Virus record (IMG/VR): IMGVR_UViG_3300033149_006567
Location: 1-64,000 of that record
Origin: a virus
DNA length: 64,000 bases
Direction: 5' to 3' (one strand)
Shown: positions 26,912-36,690 of the stretch, piece by piece
Position numbering within the stretch: position 1 is the first letter of the stretch
Layout: each line of letters starts with the position of its first letter
Made by a program: the position numbers and the translations under genes
The notes under the pieces: model-generated
Told to the model about the DNA's origin: nothing
The model's input: the letters and a program-made list of their open reading frames with translations, nothing else
Database searches by the model: none

Positions 26912-28138
26912 ATGCCAGTTCTTTTAGGTCAAAATGAACAAAAGGTTTTGGGAGATCTTTTATATGATATAACCAGCAATACTGGCTTAACCAGAGCTTC
27001 TCCGGGAAGTAAAACTCGAGCTTTTGCCGAAGCGTTTTCTAAGAAAATCGGCAGGATGTATACTTACTTCGACACGCATTTGGTACAAGCCTTTCTTTCT
27101 GGTGCTACAGATAGATATTTGGATTTTTTCGGAGAAATGCTCGGAGTGCCTCGTCTTGGCCAAGAACGCGCAGATATAGCTTCTACGCACAAGAATTTAA
27201 GATTCTACGTGGAAACCGGAACGTTCGGAGACATCAACGGCAGTTCTTCGATACTTTTGCCAAGTGGAATTGTTATTAGTACTCAGGCGGCAGGTTCTGG
27301 CATTCGATACACCTTGACGTATGATGCTTTATTGAGGGCTACAGATTCTTCTACTTACGTATCCGCCGAAGCCGTGCAAAAGGGATCAAGAGGAAACGTT
27401 GGAGCTAATCGGTTGATATATCATGACTTTACTAGTTATGATGACTCGGCTAATAATTCTCTCAAAGTTATCAATGAGGCAGAGATAGCGAGCGGACAGG
27501 AAGCAGAAAGTAACGAAAACTATCGTTATCGGCTCTCGAATGCTTTGACTTCGGGAGAAAAGGCCAACCAAATAGCCATTCGCTTGGCTGTTCTTTCTGT
27601 CCCAGGTGTGGCTGATTTGGTGATGGAGCAGTATTCCCGAGGTCTGGGAAGCTTTGACATAACTGTTAAATCAGTGAATCCTAGGATATCTGCTGGCCTA
27701 GTAGCGGCCGTCCAGGAGATAGTGGATAAGACGAAGGCTTATGGAACTCGAGCTACGGTTAAAGCCCCCAAGGAAATAGGTACCTCCATGTCCTTTACTT
27801 TGACCCTTAACAAGGCTGTGACGGCCAGTGACAAGGAGGATATAATTACGGACGTCCAGGTTGCGGTTTCAGACTACATAGATAATTTGGATATCGGAGA
27901 GGACCTGATACTGAATGAAGTGGTTCAGAGGGTCATGGAGACGGACAATAGAATCAAAGACATGGGAACTGTCGGAGCCCCCTTTGATACCTTTTATATA
28001 TATACCCCTTCAAGAGTTGAAGACTCTAGAATTAGAACTCGACTTACTCAAAACTATCAAGCAGCCGCTGACGAAAGAGTAATTATTGAGAGGGAAAACA
28101 TAGCTGGAGAAGCGGTTTCAGTAACGATTGAGGACTAG
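26912..28138 (+). CDS. Baseplate J-like wedge protein
   Basis: FLSGATDRYLDFFG, GSRGNVGAN, GQEAESNENYRYRL and AVLSVPGVAD motifs. Confidence 0.88.
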   Translation: MPVLLGQNEQKVLGDLLYDITSNTGLTRASPGSKTRAFAEAFSKKIGRMYTYFDTHLVQAFLSGATDRYLDFFGEMLGVPRLGQERADIASTHKNLRFYVETGTFGDINGSSSILLPSGIVISTQAAGSGIRYTLTYDALLRATDSSTYVSAEAVQKGSRGNVGANRLIYHDFTSYDDSANNSLKVINEAEIASGQEAESNENYRYRLSNALTSGEKANQIAIRLAVLSVPGVADLVMEQYSRGLGSFDITVKSVNPRISAGLVAAVQEIVDKTKAYGTRATVKAPKEIGTSMSFTLTLNKAVTASDKEDIITDVQVAVSDYIDNLDIGEDLILNEVVQRVMETDNRIKDMGTVGAPFDTFYIYTPSRVEDSRIRTRLTQNYQAAADERVIIERENIAGEAVSVTIED

Positions 28139-28141
28139 TAG

Positions 28142-29731
28142 ATGTCGAAATATTCTGTTGTTACAACTGAATTAGCGAATATATATCCCACTTGGTCTAG
28201 GGTTCGTTTTGATCGTCAGAGTCTGGGCCAAAGATTTCTAAATAGCGCTGCCTGTTCTTTAGAGCGAGCGCAAAAAGAAATGATCCGGACTACCAACAAT
28301 TTTCATCTTACAACGGCCAATTTGGACGAGATTGATTGGATATATCGGGTTGATCTTCCTGCGTCTTTCACTTTCAACGAATTGGGAGACGATGTTTTCG
28401 ATGTAGTTTACGATGCCCCGACTGTCAGCGGTTTGATAGATGGGACTTACTATAGCACTCCTGCGACTGAACAGAACAACATAGAGAGTTTTTGGTACAA
28501 CCATCTCCCGGATAGGATATCAGAGGGAACCACCGTTTCTGGCAGCCACATTATTTTAGACGATACGGTAGACAATGCGCCCTTTAGCGGACTCCTAGAT
28601 GCCTATATTCCCAACAAGTTATATGTTGATTTGTCTGGTGGAATTGAATATGTAAGCATAAATGACAATAAAGAGCTGGAAAGAGCTCAGGTTTCAATTG
28701 AAGGAACGACCAGGAAGGGAACTAAGGAATCTGAAATAGTTGTTTTTCCCTGGGATCAAACTCAGCAGACTTTTAAAGAATGGGACGAACTGGACAAGAT
28801 AAACTGTGCTTACATGCCGGAGGGTGCAGCCATAAAAGTGTATTCGGGGAATTTTGATAATGGGCCCTATATCGATTTCTGGAATATTGCCTATTCTCCT
28901 TATAGGAAAAAGATAGATATATTTTGGGATGTTGGCTCTATTTCTACAGGGTCTACTCTTGAGATGAAGCAGTATACTACCGATGAAATAAAGCATTTGT
29001 TGGACGGAGTATTTTCGATTTATGTAGAAAGAAGCTTCGAGCTATTTGACCAGTCAGATAATAGTGTGACGATAGCTGATATATCTCAGCAGCCATTTAC
29101 GGATTATGTATGGGCCGCAGACGATAATAAGCTTTATTGCTACAATATGGATCAGCCTCCGATTGTTGAAAACCCTTCGATTTTTGACGACGTAACTCCA
29201 GGCGCGAAGGTTTATTTTGAGTTCGGAAGCGACTACACAGTCAGGACTGAAGAGGTTGATATAGATATGTATAGCACTGAGCCGACGAATGCCGTTTATA
29301 AGTATCGAACGTGGGTTGAGTATCCAGATACGACTCGGAGTGGTATATTGGGAGGAGAATTAGTTTCGTATTATACGGAAAGTGTAGCTAAGAGTCGATA
29401 TGAAAAACGGATTGATCAGCGTTTATCCTTTTCATCTTCTCAGTTGGGAGAACACGTTTTTAATTTAGAAGTTTTGATGAGAGACGGGACTACCCAACTT
29501 ACCAAAAGGGTCTTACGAGTTGACTATAAGACTCCGGTGGCACAATTCGATTTACCCTCAAGTATAACCCGGGTTTATGGTATAGACTTTAGTAGTGACC
29601 AAGATTTATGGATTTGGCATTCCGGAGGGTATACTCAGATAAATTTGCACCATGACGTAATGCTTGTAGATTACGATGGTAGGGCTCTTTATTTTAGGGA
29701 GCCTTATTCTGAAGTTTTGGTTTGGAGTTAA
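28142..29731 (+). CDS. Baseplate structural protein
   Basis: Acidic, beta-rich 529-aa protein between baseplate J and the gpI-like gene. Confidence 0.5.
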   Translation: MSKYSVVTTELANIYPTWSRVRFDRQSLGQRFLNSAACSLERAQKEMIRTTNNFHLTTANLDEIDWIYRVDLPASFTFNELGDDVFDVVYDAPTVSGLIDGTYYSTPATEQNNIESFWYNHLPDRISEGTTVSGSHIILDDTVDNAPFSGLLDAYIPNKLYVDLSGGIEYVSINDNKELERAQVSIEGTTRKGTKESEIVVFPWDQTQQTFKEWDELDKINCAYMPEGAAIKVYSGNFDNGPYIDFWNIAYSPYRKKIDIFWDVGSISTGSTLEMKQYTTDEIKHLLDGVFSIYVERSFELFDQSDNSVTIADISQQPFTDYVWAADDNKLYCYNMDQPPIVENPSIFDDVTPGAKVYFEFGSDYTVRTEEVDIDMYSTEPTNAVYKYRTWVEYPDTTRSGILGGELVSYYTESVAKSRYEKRIDQRLSFSSSQLGEHVFNLEVLMRDGTTQLTKRVLRVDYKTPVAQFDLPSSITRVYGIDFSSDQDLWIWHSGGYTQINLHHDVMLVDYDGRALYFREPYSEVLVWS

Positions 29732-29732
29732 A

Positions 29733-30647
29733 ATGAGTAGTGGTATCAGATTAGTTCCAGAGTTGTTTCAGGTTCATAATGCTTTTGACCAGCATGGAAT
29801 TACTCTCAATCTTCCTCGACTTAGGGGGGAGGGCAATGACGAGTACAAGCAGCGCCTTCTTGACGTTATGGCCCATAAAGCCGATTCTGCTTATATGGGT
29901 TTGATATATGGTATTACTCGAGAGCTAGGCTTAGAACTTTATGAGGCAGCGTCCATAGAATGCGCGAAAGATTCGAATGGGGATTTTCTTTTAACTAATC
30001 CTGAAGTTAAATTTGAAGGTGGAATGTGCTATTTGATTTCAGATTCTTCTCCGGATAATTACACCGTATATTCGTCTATAGACCTATACGATAGAACGGC
30101 AGACGAATGGTATCTGGGGGGCCTGATAGATACGATTAATGCGACTTCTTATTTTTCCGCGACAATAGACGATGACGCGAATGAATGGTCTAGGTCAGCT
30201 TGTATTTTTGAGCAATCTACTTCTGGGATGGTTGTCAATGAAGATCTGGCGAAGGGTTCAACAAGGATTAAGCTAGACAACGAAGATCTAGTTTCTGGAA
30301 CAATTTCGGTGAGAAGTCCCAATCTTAGAGTCAGGGTTTCTTCCCAGGCGGCACTCCTAGAGGCCGGACAGTATTATATAGATCTTGAGTCTGGGACATT
30401 ATTTTGCACCGAAGACCCAGCAGTGGGTAGCGTGATAAGATATGAACATCGAGAAAGTCCAAAAATTTTTAAGGCTAGTCCAGTTATTATTCAGAACCTT
30501 CAGTCAGCTCCTTTTCTTAACCAACTTTTTGAGAGAAAGACGGATGAGTTGGGTAACGAATATAATTGGTTGCCTTCTGTGCGAGGAATTGATATAATAA
30601 ACGAGCTGTTTTCTGCATCTGCAACAGGTTTGTATTGGGGTAAGTAA
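29733..30647 (+). CDS. gpI-like baseplate wedge protein
   Basis: Start revised to ATG 29733 (GGAG upstream); LPRLRGEGNDEYKQRLL motif typical of gpI-like wedge N-termini. Confidence 0.55.
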   Translation: MSSGIRLVPELFQVHNAFDQHGITLNLPRLRGEGNDEYKQRLLDVMAHKADSAYMGLIYGITRELGLELYEAASIECAKDSNGDFLLTNPEVKFEGGMCYLISDSSPDNYTVYSSIDLYDRTADEWYLGGLIDTINATSYFSATIDDDANEWSRSACIFEQSTSGMVVNEDLAKGSTRIKLDNEDLVSGTISVRSPNLRVRVSSQAALLEAGQYYIDLESGTLFCTEDPAVGSVIRYEHRESPKIFKASPVIIQNLQSAPFLNQLFERKTDELGNEYNWLPSVRGIDIINELFSASATGLYWGK

Positions 30648-30654
30648 TTAGTTC

Positions 30655-33600
30655 ATGGCGTCATATCAAGTAAAATCTGATATCCTTTTTAATATTCACA
30701 AGACTGCCGGGTATTCTGGATCTATTGGATTTGACTCTGTTTATACACAAGAAGAGCATCCTGCTACCGGCAAGAAAATAGAAGGTTTTCAGTGGGAGAA
30801 GCGCCCCTGGCCCCTAGAGGACGAAGAACTTGAAGAATATGCAATCCCTACGATATATGATCCTGGCTTTTATTTCGCAGGGACTTCTGATTGGCAATCG
30901 GGAATTGGCGGTGGAGATGACGTAGAGCTTCTTTCTATTAACGAAGCTTATGTGACCAAAAGTGGGCACCAATGGGCTCCCCGCTTATATCATGGCTATT
31001 TTTACAATTATCGCCAAGAGAACTATTTGTTTAGCGAAGGGCTAACCATAGACTATTTTGACGAGACAGTGGATAGTGGGAATTTTCAGTATATTCAAAT
31101 GTCTGAGTATCCTAAGCCTACCATTCCCATTTTGGCTAGGAACTATTATTACGATAGGGATAAGGCCCGGTATTATGTTAGGCAGGATTTTCGTAAGAAA
31201 GCTGATTTTACTCCTACTGTTGTAAGCGGAGAATATAGTTTTGTAAGAGACGATGATGGCAATCTTTTGCATTCGGGAGTAAACGTTTCTGATCCAGAAT
31301 TTATTGTATACTACGAGTACAATGATCAGAAGCCGTATGCGAAATTGAATGGGAACTACTTGACTACAGCTCAAGAGGACGTTACTGTTTCTGGAGTGGA
31401 CGGCTGGTGCGAAGAAATGGGAGTCAGCAACGGGGAAGCCGATCAGATTTTTCATACGTATCACTCCCCTATTACTCCGAGTGGCGAAGTAAACGTCTAT
31501 ACTTACCATACGACTAATAGTGGCTTAAACTGGCATGTCCAGGAGTGGAACGTAGTTTCCGGAGAGAATCCGACCTTTTCGGGCGCGGCCTATGATTGTA
31601 TAGTAGATAGATATTGGGGTGTTATTGAATTCGGGGATGGGAGTAATGGCTACATACCTTCCCTAGGCGATACGGTGGCTGTTCAATATACTGGTACCGT
31701 GATGCTCACCTACGAGGCAGACGATACTCCCGATTATTATGATGCGATAGGCGAAGAGGCAGATACGAATCCGTTAAATGGGGCGTCTCCGAACGGTTTC
31801 GTAAAAATACGGGCCGCCGAAACAGACCCTGTTTATATAAGGTTAAGCGCCGATCTAGATGTTCTTGCGGATGGAACCTACGGGCCCTTAAGTCTTGGGG
31901 AGACTTATGCAAAATTGCTCTGTGAAGTTACCGGGGGACACGGGGAACTCTTAGAGGGCGTAGATGTTACGTTCGAGATGTCAGATCAAATAGTGGGGGA
32001 TTTTGGATTAGGGGAAACTTCTATAGTTGGTACGACCGATAAGGATGGAGAGGCCGTTGCCTTTTATTCTCCTCCGACTAGCTTGGACGATATCGGGGAT
32101 TATACGACTGATATTACTTATTCTGGTGTGAATACGATTCTTGGCTTTGACGATCTAGTCGAGCCGAATAGTGATTCGTTTATTTATACCTATCAGGTTC
32201 TTAGAGAAGATCTGGTGACTGGCTATCCGGAATCAGAGTTAAACTCTTATTATGAAGATTATTTTGGCGATGAAGACATTGGTTATTCTAGTTTGTCTTC
32301 TGAAATTACTCAGGAAGGGAATTATCGAGCTGCTCACAGCTTGTTGACTCCAGTGACTTATGCCAAGGGTGACATAGAGACGGGTACCAAAAAAGCCGTT
32401 CTGACATATGACGACACAGTTCTTCATCCTCATACGGGAGAGCTTGGAGCTTATACTCTCTTGTCCCATCAAAGCTGGATTGCCACGGAAGAGGGCGTAG
32501 ACGTTACCTATTCAGGCCACCTAGATGCCATAACAACCAGTGGCAGTTTAAAATCCTATTTCGTTGCGACTTCTACTATGGTTAGATTTAAGGCGTCTAT
32601 ATGGAGTGACAAACTTCAGAGACGGATATACTCAAACGAGATAAGTATTAGCATAGAAATTCCAGATCATATGAGTGGGCGCTATGCAGTCGACGCTATT
32701 GAAAATGTAGACTCTGACTTACTTAGCAGAGCCAAAACTGATGCGGAATTCTTGACATACTATAATTCTCTTATAGATGGCGGGGTGTTTTCTGATAGTG
32801 ACACAGAAGAAAGGTACATGAGGGAGAGAGAACCTTCGACTGAAACTCGACAAGAATGGTTTGAACGGACGAGACGAGCTGATAATGTTTTGTTGGGGCT
32901 AGAAAATGTTTCGACTAGTGAGACGGGATCATTGGTAATTCCCCTTGGCTATAGACTTAAGTCTACTGGAATAACGGCTGCTGCAGCGTTAGACTCTTGT
33001 GTATATTTAGACGCAAATGACACTTTCGCGGCTGTTACATTAGAGGAACTTCCCTTTCCCACCACAAAGTCTCTTTATGGGATTGCCTACAACGAAGGCA
33101 GATATGTGGCGGGAGGAGAGGACGTTTCGTTTTTCTATTCAGACGATTGTTATTCATGGAATGAAGCTTCTGTAGATGCGGCTGTTCCTGTGAACGCCGA
33201 CTTTTTGGCTGGGATCGCGTATGGAGGTGGAGTTTTTGTAACTGCAGGAGTACATTACATATTATATTCTGATGACGATGGGGAAAGTTGGCAGATTGGA
33301 TTAAATGATGGAAGTCTATCTGCTTGGGGTGTTTGCTATGGGAACGGGCTTTTTGTCGTAGTTGGAAATAATCACGGAGGCGATGCTTTTATCTATACTT
33401 CCCCGGATGGGATCCATTGGACTGAGAGGGCGAACCCCAAAGATTTTGATTTGCGAGAAGTTACTTATGGAAATGGCTTGTATGTTGCCGTCGGCGAAGC
33501 GGATGGGGGTGACGCATATATTGTTACCTCCCCGGATGGGATCCATTGGACTGAGAGGGCGAACCCCGGGAATTATACTCTCTATTCTGTTTCCTATGAC

Positions 33601-33960
33601 GGAGCAGTTGGGAATGAGCGATTTATCGCGGGAGGGGCGAGTGCGGGAGCGACACCTTACGTAATTACTTCGCCAAATGGCGTTGATTGGACGCAACAAG
33701 TTTTATCAGAAGACGGAATTGTTCTGGGTTCCACATTTGGTGATGGACTGTTTGTTATGACGGGAGCGCTAGCGGATGGCGTACAAGCGATTTGGATTTC
33801 TGCTGATGGAGAAAGTTGGCACCGTCAAGACGCATCTGGTTTTGTTTCCGACTATTGTTATGCGATTGCCTACACAGGAGAGATGTACGTAGGTGTAGGG
33901 AATGAAATTGCCACTGGGGATGGGTACATAACGTTAATTAAAAAATATTTGAAACAGTAG
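30655..33960 (+). CDS. Baseplate/receptor-binding protein with Ig-like domain and C-terminal beta-propeller
   Basis: IEFGDGSNGYIP baseplate motif; Ig-like GVDVTF...GTTDKDGEAVAFY; about 43-aa repeats YGNGLFVVVG...TSPDGIHWT. Confidence 0.65.
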   Translation: MASYQVKSDILFNIHKTAGYSGSIGFDSVYTQEEHPATGKKIEGFQWEKRPWPLEDEELEEYAIPTIYDPGFYFAGTSDWQSGIGGGDDVELLSINEAYVTKSGHQWAPRLYHGYFYNYRQENYLFSEGLTIDYFDETVDSGNFQYIQMSEYPKPTIPILARNYYYDRDKARYYVRQDFRKKADFTPTVVSGEYSFVRDDDGNLLHSGVNVSDPEFIVYYEYNDQKPYAKLNGNYLTTAQEDVTVSGVDGWCEEMGVSNGEADQIFHTYHSPITPSGEVNVYTYHTTNSGLNWHVQEWNVVSGENPTFSGAAYDCIVDRYWGVIEFGDGSNGYIPSLGDTVAVQYTGTVMLTYEADDTPDYYDAIGEEADTNPLNGASPNGFVKIRAAETDPVYIRLSADLDVLADGTYGPLSLGETYAKLLCEVTGGHGELLEGVDVTFEMSDQIVGDFGLGETSIVGTTDKDGEAVAFYSPPTSLDDIGDYTTDITYSGVNTILGFDDLVEPNSDSFIYTYQVLREDLVTGYPESELNSYYEDYFGDEDIGYSSLSSEITQEGNYRAAHSLLTPVTYAKGDIETGTKKAVLTYDDTVLHPHTGELGAYTLLSHQSWIATEEGVDVTYSGHLDAITTSGSLKSYFVATSTMVRFKASIWSDKLQRRIYSNEISISIEIPDHMSGRYAVDAIENVDSDLLSRAKTDAEFLTYYNSLIDGGVFSDSDTEERYMREREPSTETRQEWFERTRRADNVLLGLENVSTSETGSLVIPLGYRLKSTGITAAAALDSCVYLDANDTFAAVTLEELPFPTTKSLYGIAYNEGRYVAGGEDVSFFYSDDCYSWNEASVDAAVPVNADFLAGIAYGGGVFVTAGVHYILYSDDDGESWQIGLNDGSLSAWGVCYGNGLFVVVGNNHGGDAFIYTSPDGIHWTERANPKDFDLREVTYGNGLYVAVGEADGGDAYIVTSPDGIHWTERANPGNYTLYSVSYDGAVGNERFIAGGASAGATPYVITSPNGVDWTQQVLSEDGIVLGSTFGDGLFVMTGALADGVQAIWISADGESWHRQDASGFVSDYCYAIAYTGEMYVGVGNEIATGDGYITLIKKYLKQ
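33400..33567 (+). repeat. Identical 39-bp direct repeat in adjacent propeller blades
   Basis: tccccggatgggatccattggactgagagggcgaacccc at 33400-33438 and 33529-33567 (offset 129 nt, 43 aa). Confidence 0.9.
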
Positions 33961-33972
33961 AGGTAGATAGTT

Positions 33973-36360
33973 ATGCCAGACAAAATGAGAAGGACTTTTC
34001 CGATAAATATCACGCTAACAGATAGGGAGCAGCCTACTGCCGCTAAATTGACAGCCATAGCGACTCAGTCTAGAGGTGGCCTGGGCATAATTGAAGAGGC
34101 AGTTGGAGATATTTGGAATCAATCTGGCGATTCTTATTTGTCTTCGGGGGCTTCTAGGCGCACTCTGCGGATACCTTCTATTGGTCGTTTACTTGGTACT
34201 TCTGATGCTTTGAGTCCTTATTTTGAAATGCCGGATGATGACTTTTTGTTCGAAGAGGATTTAGTCGATTACGCTGATTGCAATAGTGTCCCCCTGACCT
34301 TTGAGGCTACAACTTTTTCGGGAGTGCTTTTTTCTGGTCTTCAAAAAGATTATATTACCCAAGTAGACAGTGACGGGGATTGGTTTTATGATGAAACTAC
34401 AGACAAAGTATTTACTTACGATACGATAGATGGGCACGATGACTTAGTCTATGAGGTTGTTACCGCAAATTTCCCAACTCATCCCTCTACGTTTGATTTG
34501 ACCTCCAATACGATTCCTCCGGAAGACCAGGACGGGACATTTACTGGCTGTAAGGTTGTTCCAAAAACTGGGAGTTCGGGATACTATTATATAATTTTTC
34601 CGCCTCGCCTAAGGCTTTCGAATAGAACTGATGTTGACCTGTATCCCACTGATGCGGGCAATGACGGGACAGATCCGGTTGCAGTTACTCCTATGTATTT
34701 TTGGGATGAATCGACAGATGCTCCTGGATTAGGGACGGCCTGGGATGATCATTACCGATACCATTTACCCTCTCTCCTTGATAGTGCGAGTTGGGGGGAC
34801 AGATTGCCTGACGGATTTTTGAGGCTTGAAATTAACAACGAAGTGGCTGACGGAGTGGTCTTTTTTAAACCAGCAGCTGTTGCTTATCAATATGGATATA
34901 TCCTTGAAATTTATGCCCCCTATAGTATTACCGCCCTAGATGCCGTAGCTTCTGCCGTAGGAACCCATACGACTGCCGCTTATGATACTGGAGTGAAAGT
35001 AATTACCACGGGGACTTCAACTGCCGAATTGCTTAATCAGATAGTCAGGATGCTTTTAAACCACAAACATAATTCTACTCAAACTGGTTGGAGCAGCAGG
35101 GTTGACCATAATGATTTGGTGGGGTTAGATCCAAATTATGATGCTGATTTTGATGACGATGGAGGGGGGTATCCCTATTGGCCGTTTGGAACCAACGATG
35201 TTAGGTTGACTAAGAGTAATTGGGAGAATGACGGGCATTTGCAGTATCTTCATCGAGCTGGCTCGTTAGCCTTAGGAGATTCTGATTATTATCGAGACAT
35301 ATATAATAATGCTTTTATTGGTGATTTATTGATAGGGTCGGCCACCAAGGGTGTTGTGGTCCCGTATTTTAATAATGTAATCAATGATAGCTTTAAGGTC
35401 TATTTCGGAAGTGTGGATTACGGACCATGTTTGTATCTGGAGACTGCCATTTATGACGCGATTGTTGCTCAAGGGATATCGGGAGAGCCGGGGTTGGTTG
35501 GAATTAGTGACACAGATAGTGGACTTTACGGGATAGCGGGGGCTGCTCCTGGGGTTGTAGGAGAAACTGCCAGCGTTGATGGAGTACAAGGGGGTGGTGG
35601 AGATACGGGCATCGGAGTCCATGGATATGGTGGGTCTACTTCTGGTGTGGGAGTAAAAGGTGAAGCTCAGGGGGGCGATAGTAGTGGCGTTGAGGGGATT
35701 GGGCATGGAGATGGTACTGGCGTAAAAGGAGCCGGAGGGACAACGGGTGATGGAGTCTATGGGCTAGGGGGAGCGAGTGGGGGGTATGGTGTGGTAGCAG
35801 AGCAGCAGGGTAACACAAGAGCTGCTTTAAGAACCGTGCCTCAGGCATGTCCTCCTGTCGCGGGGTATGAAGGAGACGTACTTTCAAATTCTATGTATAA
35901 TAACCAGCTCTTTCAGTGTTTGGCTGCGGGAAGTCCTGGTACTTGGGATCCTGTTGGACATACGTTGTTGGCTGAGGTTACAGTTTCTCCGGCAGAAGTT
36001 AAAACGCTGAGGGCTTCGCCGAAAGAGATCGTAGCGGCACCGGGAGCTGGGATGGCGATAGTATTCATTATGGCGACCATAGAGTTGGATTATGGCGGGA
36101 CTCAGTATGTCATTCCAGATGCGGATGACGACTTGAGGATTCAATATAGTGCGATAGCGGCTGTTACGGAGACCTATAACAGCGCTGGTTTTATAGATGG
36201 AGCAAACGACAAGATAAAAGCCCTTTCTTGTGCGAATCCGGCTTATGAAGTCAAAGAGAATGTTCATTTAGAGTTGGATAATGTAGGATCCTCCGAATAC
36301 ACAACGGGGAATTCTTCATTGTATGTGAAGTGTTGGTATCGACTGATACGGACCCATTAA
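33973..36360 (+). CDS. Tail fibre-like protein
   Basis: HKH and GHLQYLHR motifs, a long Gly-rich GVxG repeat region, and a distinct C-terminal beta domain. Confidence 0.65.
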   Translation: MPDKMRRTFPINITLTDREQPTAAKLTAIATQSRGGLGIIEEAVGDIWNQSGDSYLSSGASRRTLRIPSIGRLLGTSDALSPYFEMPDDDFLFEEDLVDYADCNSVPLTFEATTFSGVLFSGLQKDYITQVDSDGDWFYDETTDKVFTYDTIDGHDDLVYEVVTANFPTHPSTFDLTSNTIPPEDQDGTFTGCKVVPKTGSSGYYYIIFPPRLRLSNRTDVDLYPTDAGNDGTDPVAVTPMYFWDESTDAPGLGTAWDDHYRYHLPSLLDSASWGDRLPDGFLRLEINNEVADGVVFFKPAAVAYQYGYILEIYAPYSITALDAVASAVGTHTTAAYDTGVKVITTGTSTAELLNQIVRMLLNHKHNSTQTGWSSRVDHNDLVGLDPNYDADFDDDGGGYPYWPFGTNDVRLTKSNWENDGHLQYLHRAGSLALGDSDYYRDIYNNAFIGDLLIGSATKGVVVPYFNNVINDSFKVYFGSVDYGPCLYLETAIYDAIVAQGISGEPGLVGISDTDSGLYGIAGAAPGVVGETASVDGVQGGGGDTGIGVHGYGGSTSGVGVKGEAQGGDSSGVEGIGHGDGTGVKGAGGTTGDGVYGLGGASGGYGVVAEQQGNTRAALRTVPQACPPVAGYEGDVLSNSMYNNQLFQCLAAGSPGTWDPVGHTLLAEVTVSPAEVKTLRASPKEIVAAPGAGMAIVFIMATIELDYGGTQYVIPDADDDLRIQYSAIAAVTETYNSAGFIDGANDKIKALSCANPAYEVKENVHLELDNVGSSEYTTGNSSLYVKCWYRLIRTH

Positions 36361-36376
36361 TAACAGGAGTAAAAAA

Positions 36377-36685
36377 ATGAATCAGCAACAACAAACGCAG
36401 TATCTTAATCAAATTCTCGGTGACCCGGATTTTCGATTTGAAGATCCAGTGGAACAAGAGATACTGGAGGCTCTCCGAAATGTCTCGACTCAAAGTGAAA
36501 GGTTGGTTGAAACCGTTCGGCAAGCCCAGGAGGAACAAAAGTTGCTTCGAGGGGAAACTCGAGGGTACGCTAAGCTTCTTTTGGCCAAAGAGGTCGCTCG
36601 TAGAGAAGAGTTGGCCAAGGAGGAGGTTGCCGAGGATTTACCTGTCGGCGAAAAAGAAGATTTACTGGAGGAAAGTGAGGGCTAG
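36377..36685 (+). CDS. Small coiled-coil protein (possible fibre chaperone)
   Basis: Follows the fibre gene; SD AGGAG; helical, Glu/Gln-rich. Confidence 0.45.
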   Translation: MNQQQQTQYLNQILGDPDFRFEDPVEQEILEALRNVSTQSERLVETVRQAQEEQKLLRGETRGYAKLLLAKEVARREELAKEEVAEDLPVGEKEDLLEESEG

Positions 36686-36690
36686 TCTGG

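Noticed and set aside
5540-30647. Headless contractile injection system (eCIS, tailocin or T6SS) instead of a phage
   Set aside because: Neck/adaptor-like genes, chaperones, very large tape-measure-position proteins and many fibres fit a phage better. It cannot be fully excluded because capsid, portal and terminase genes are outside the window.
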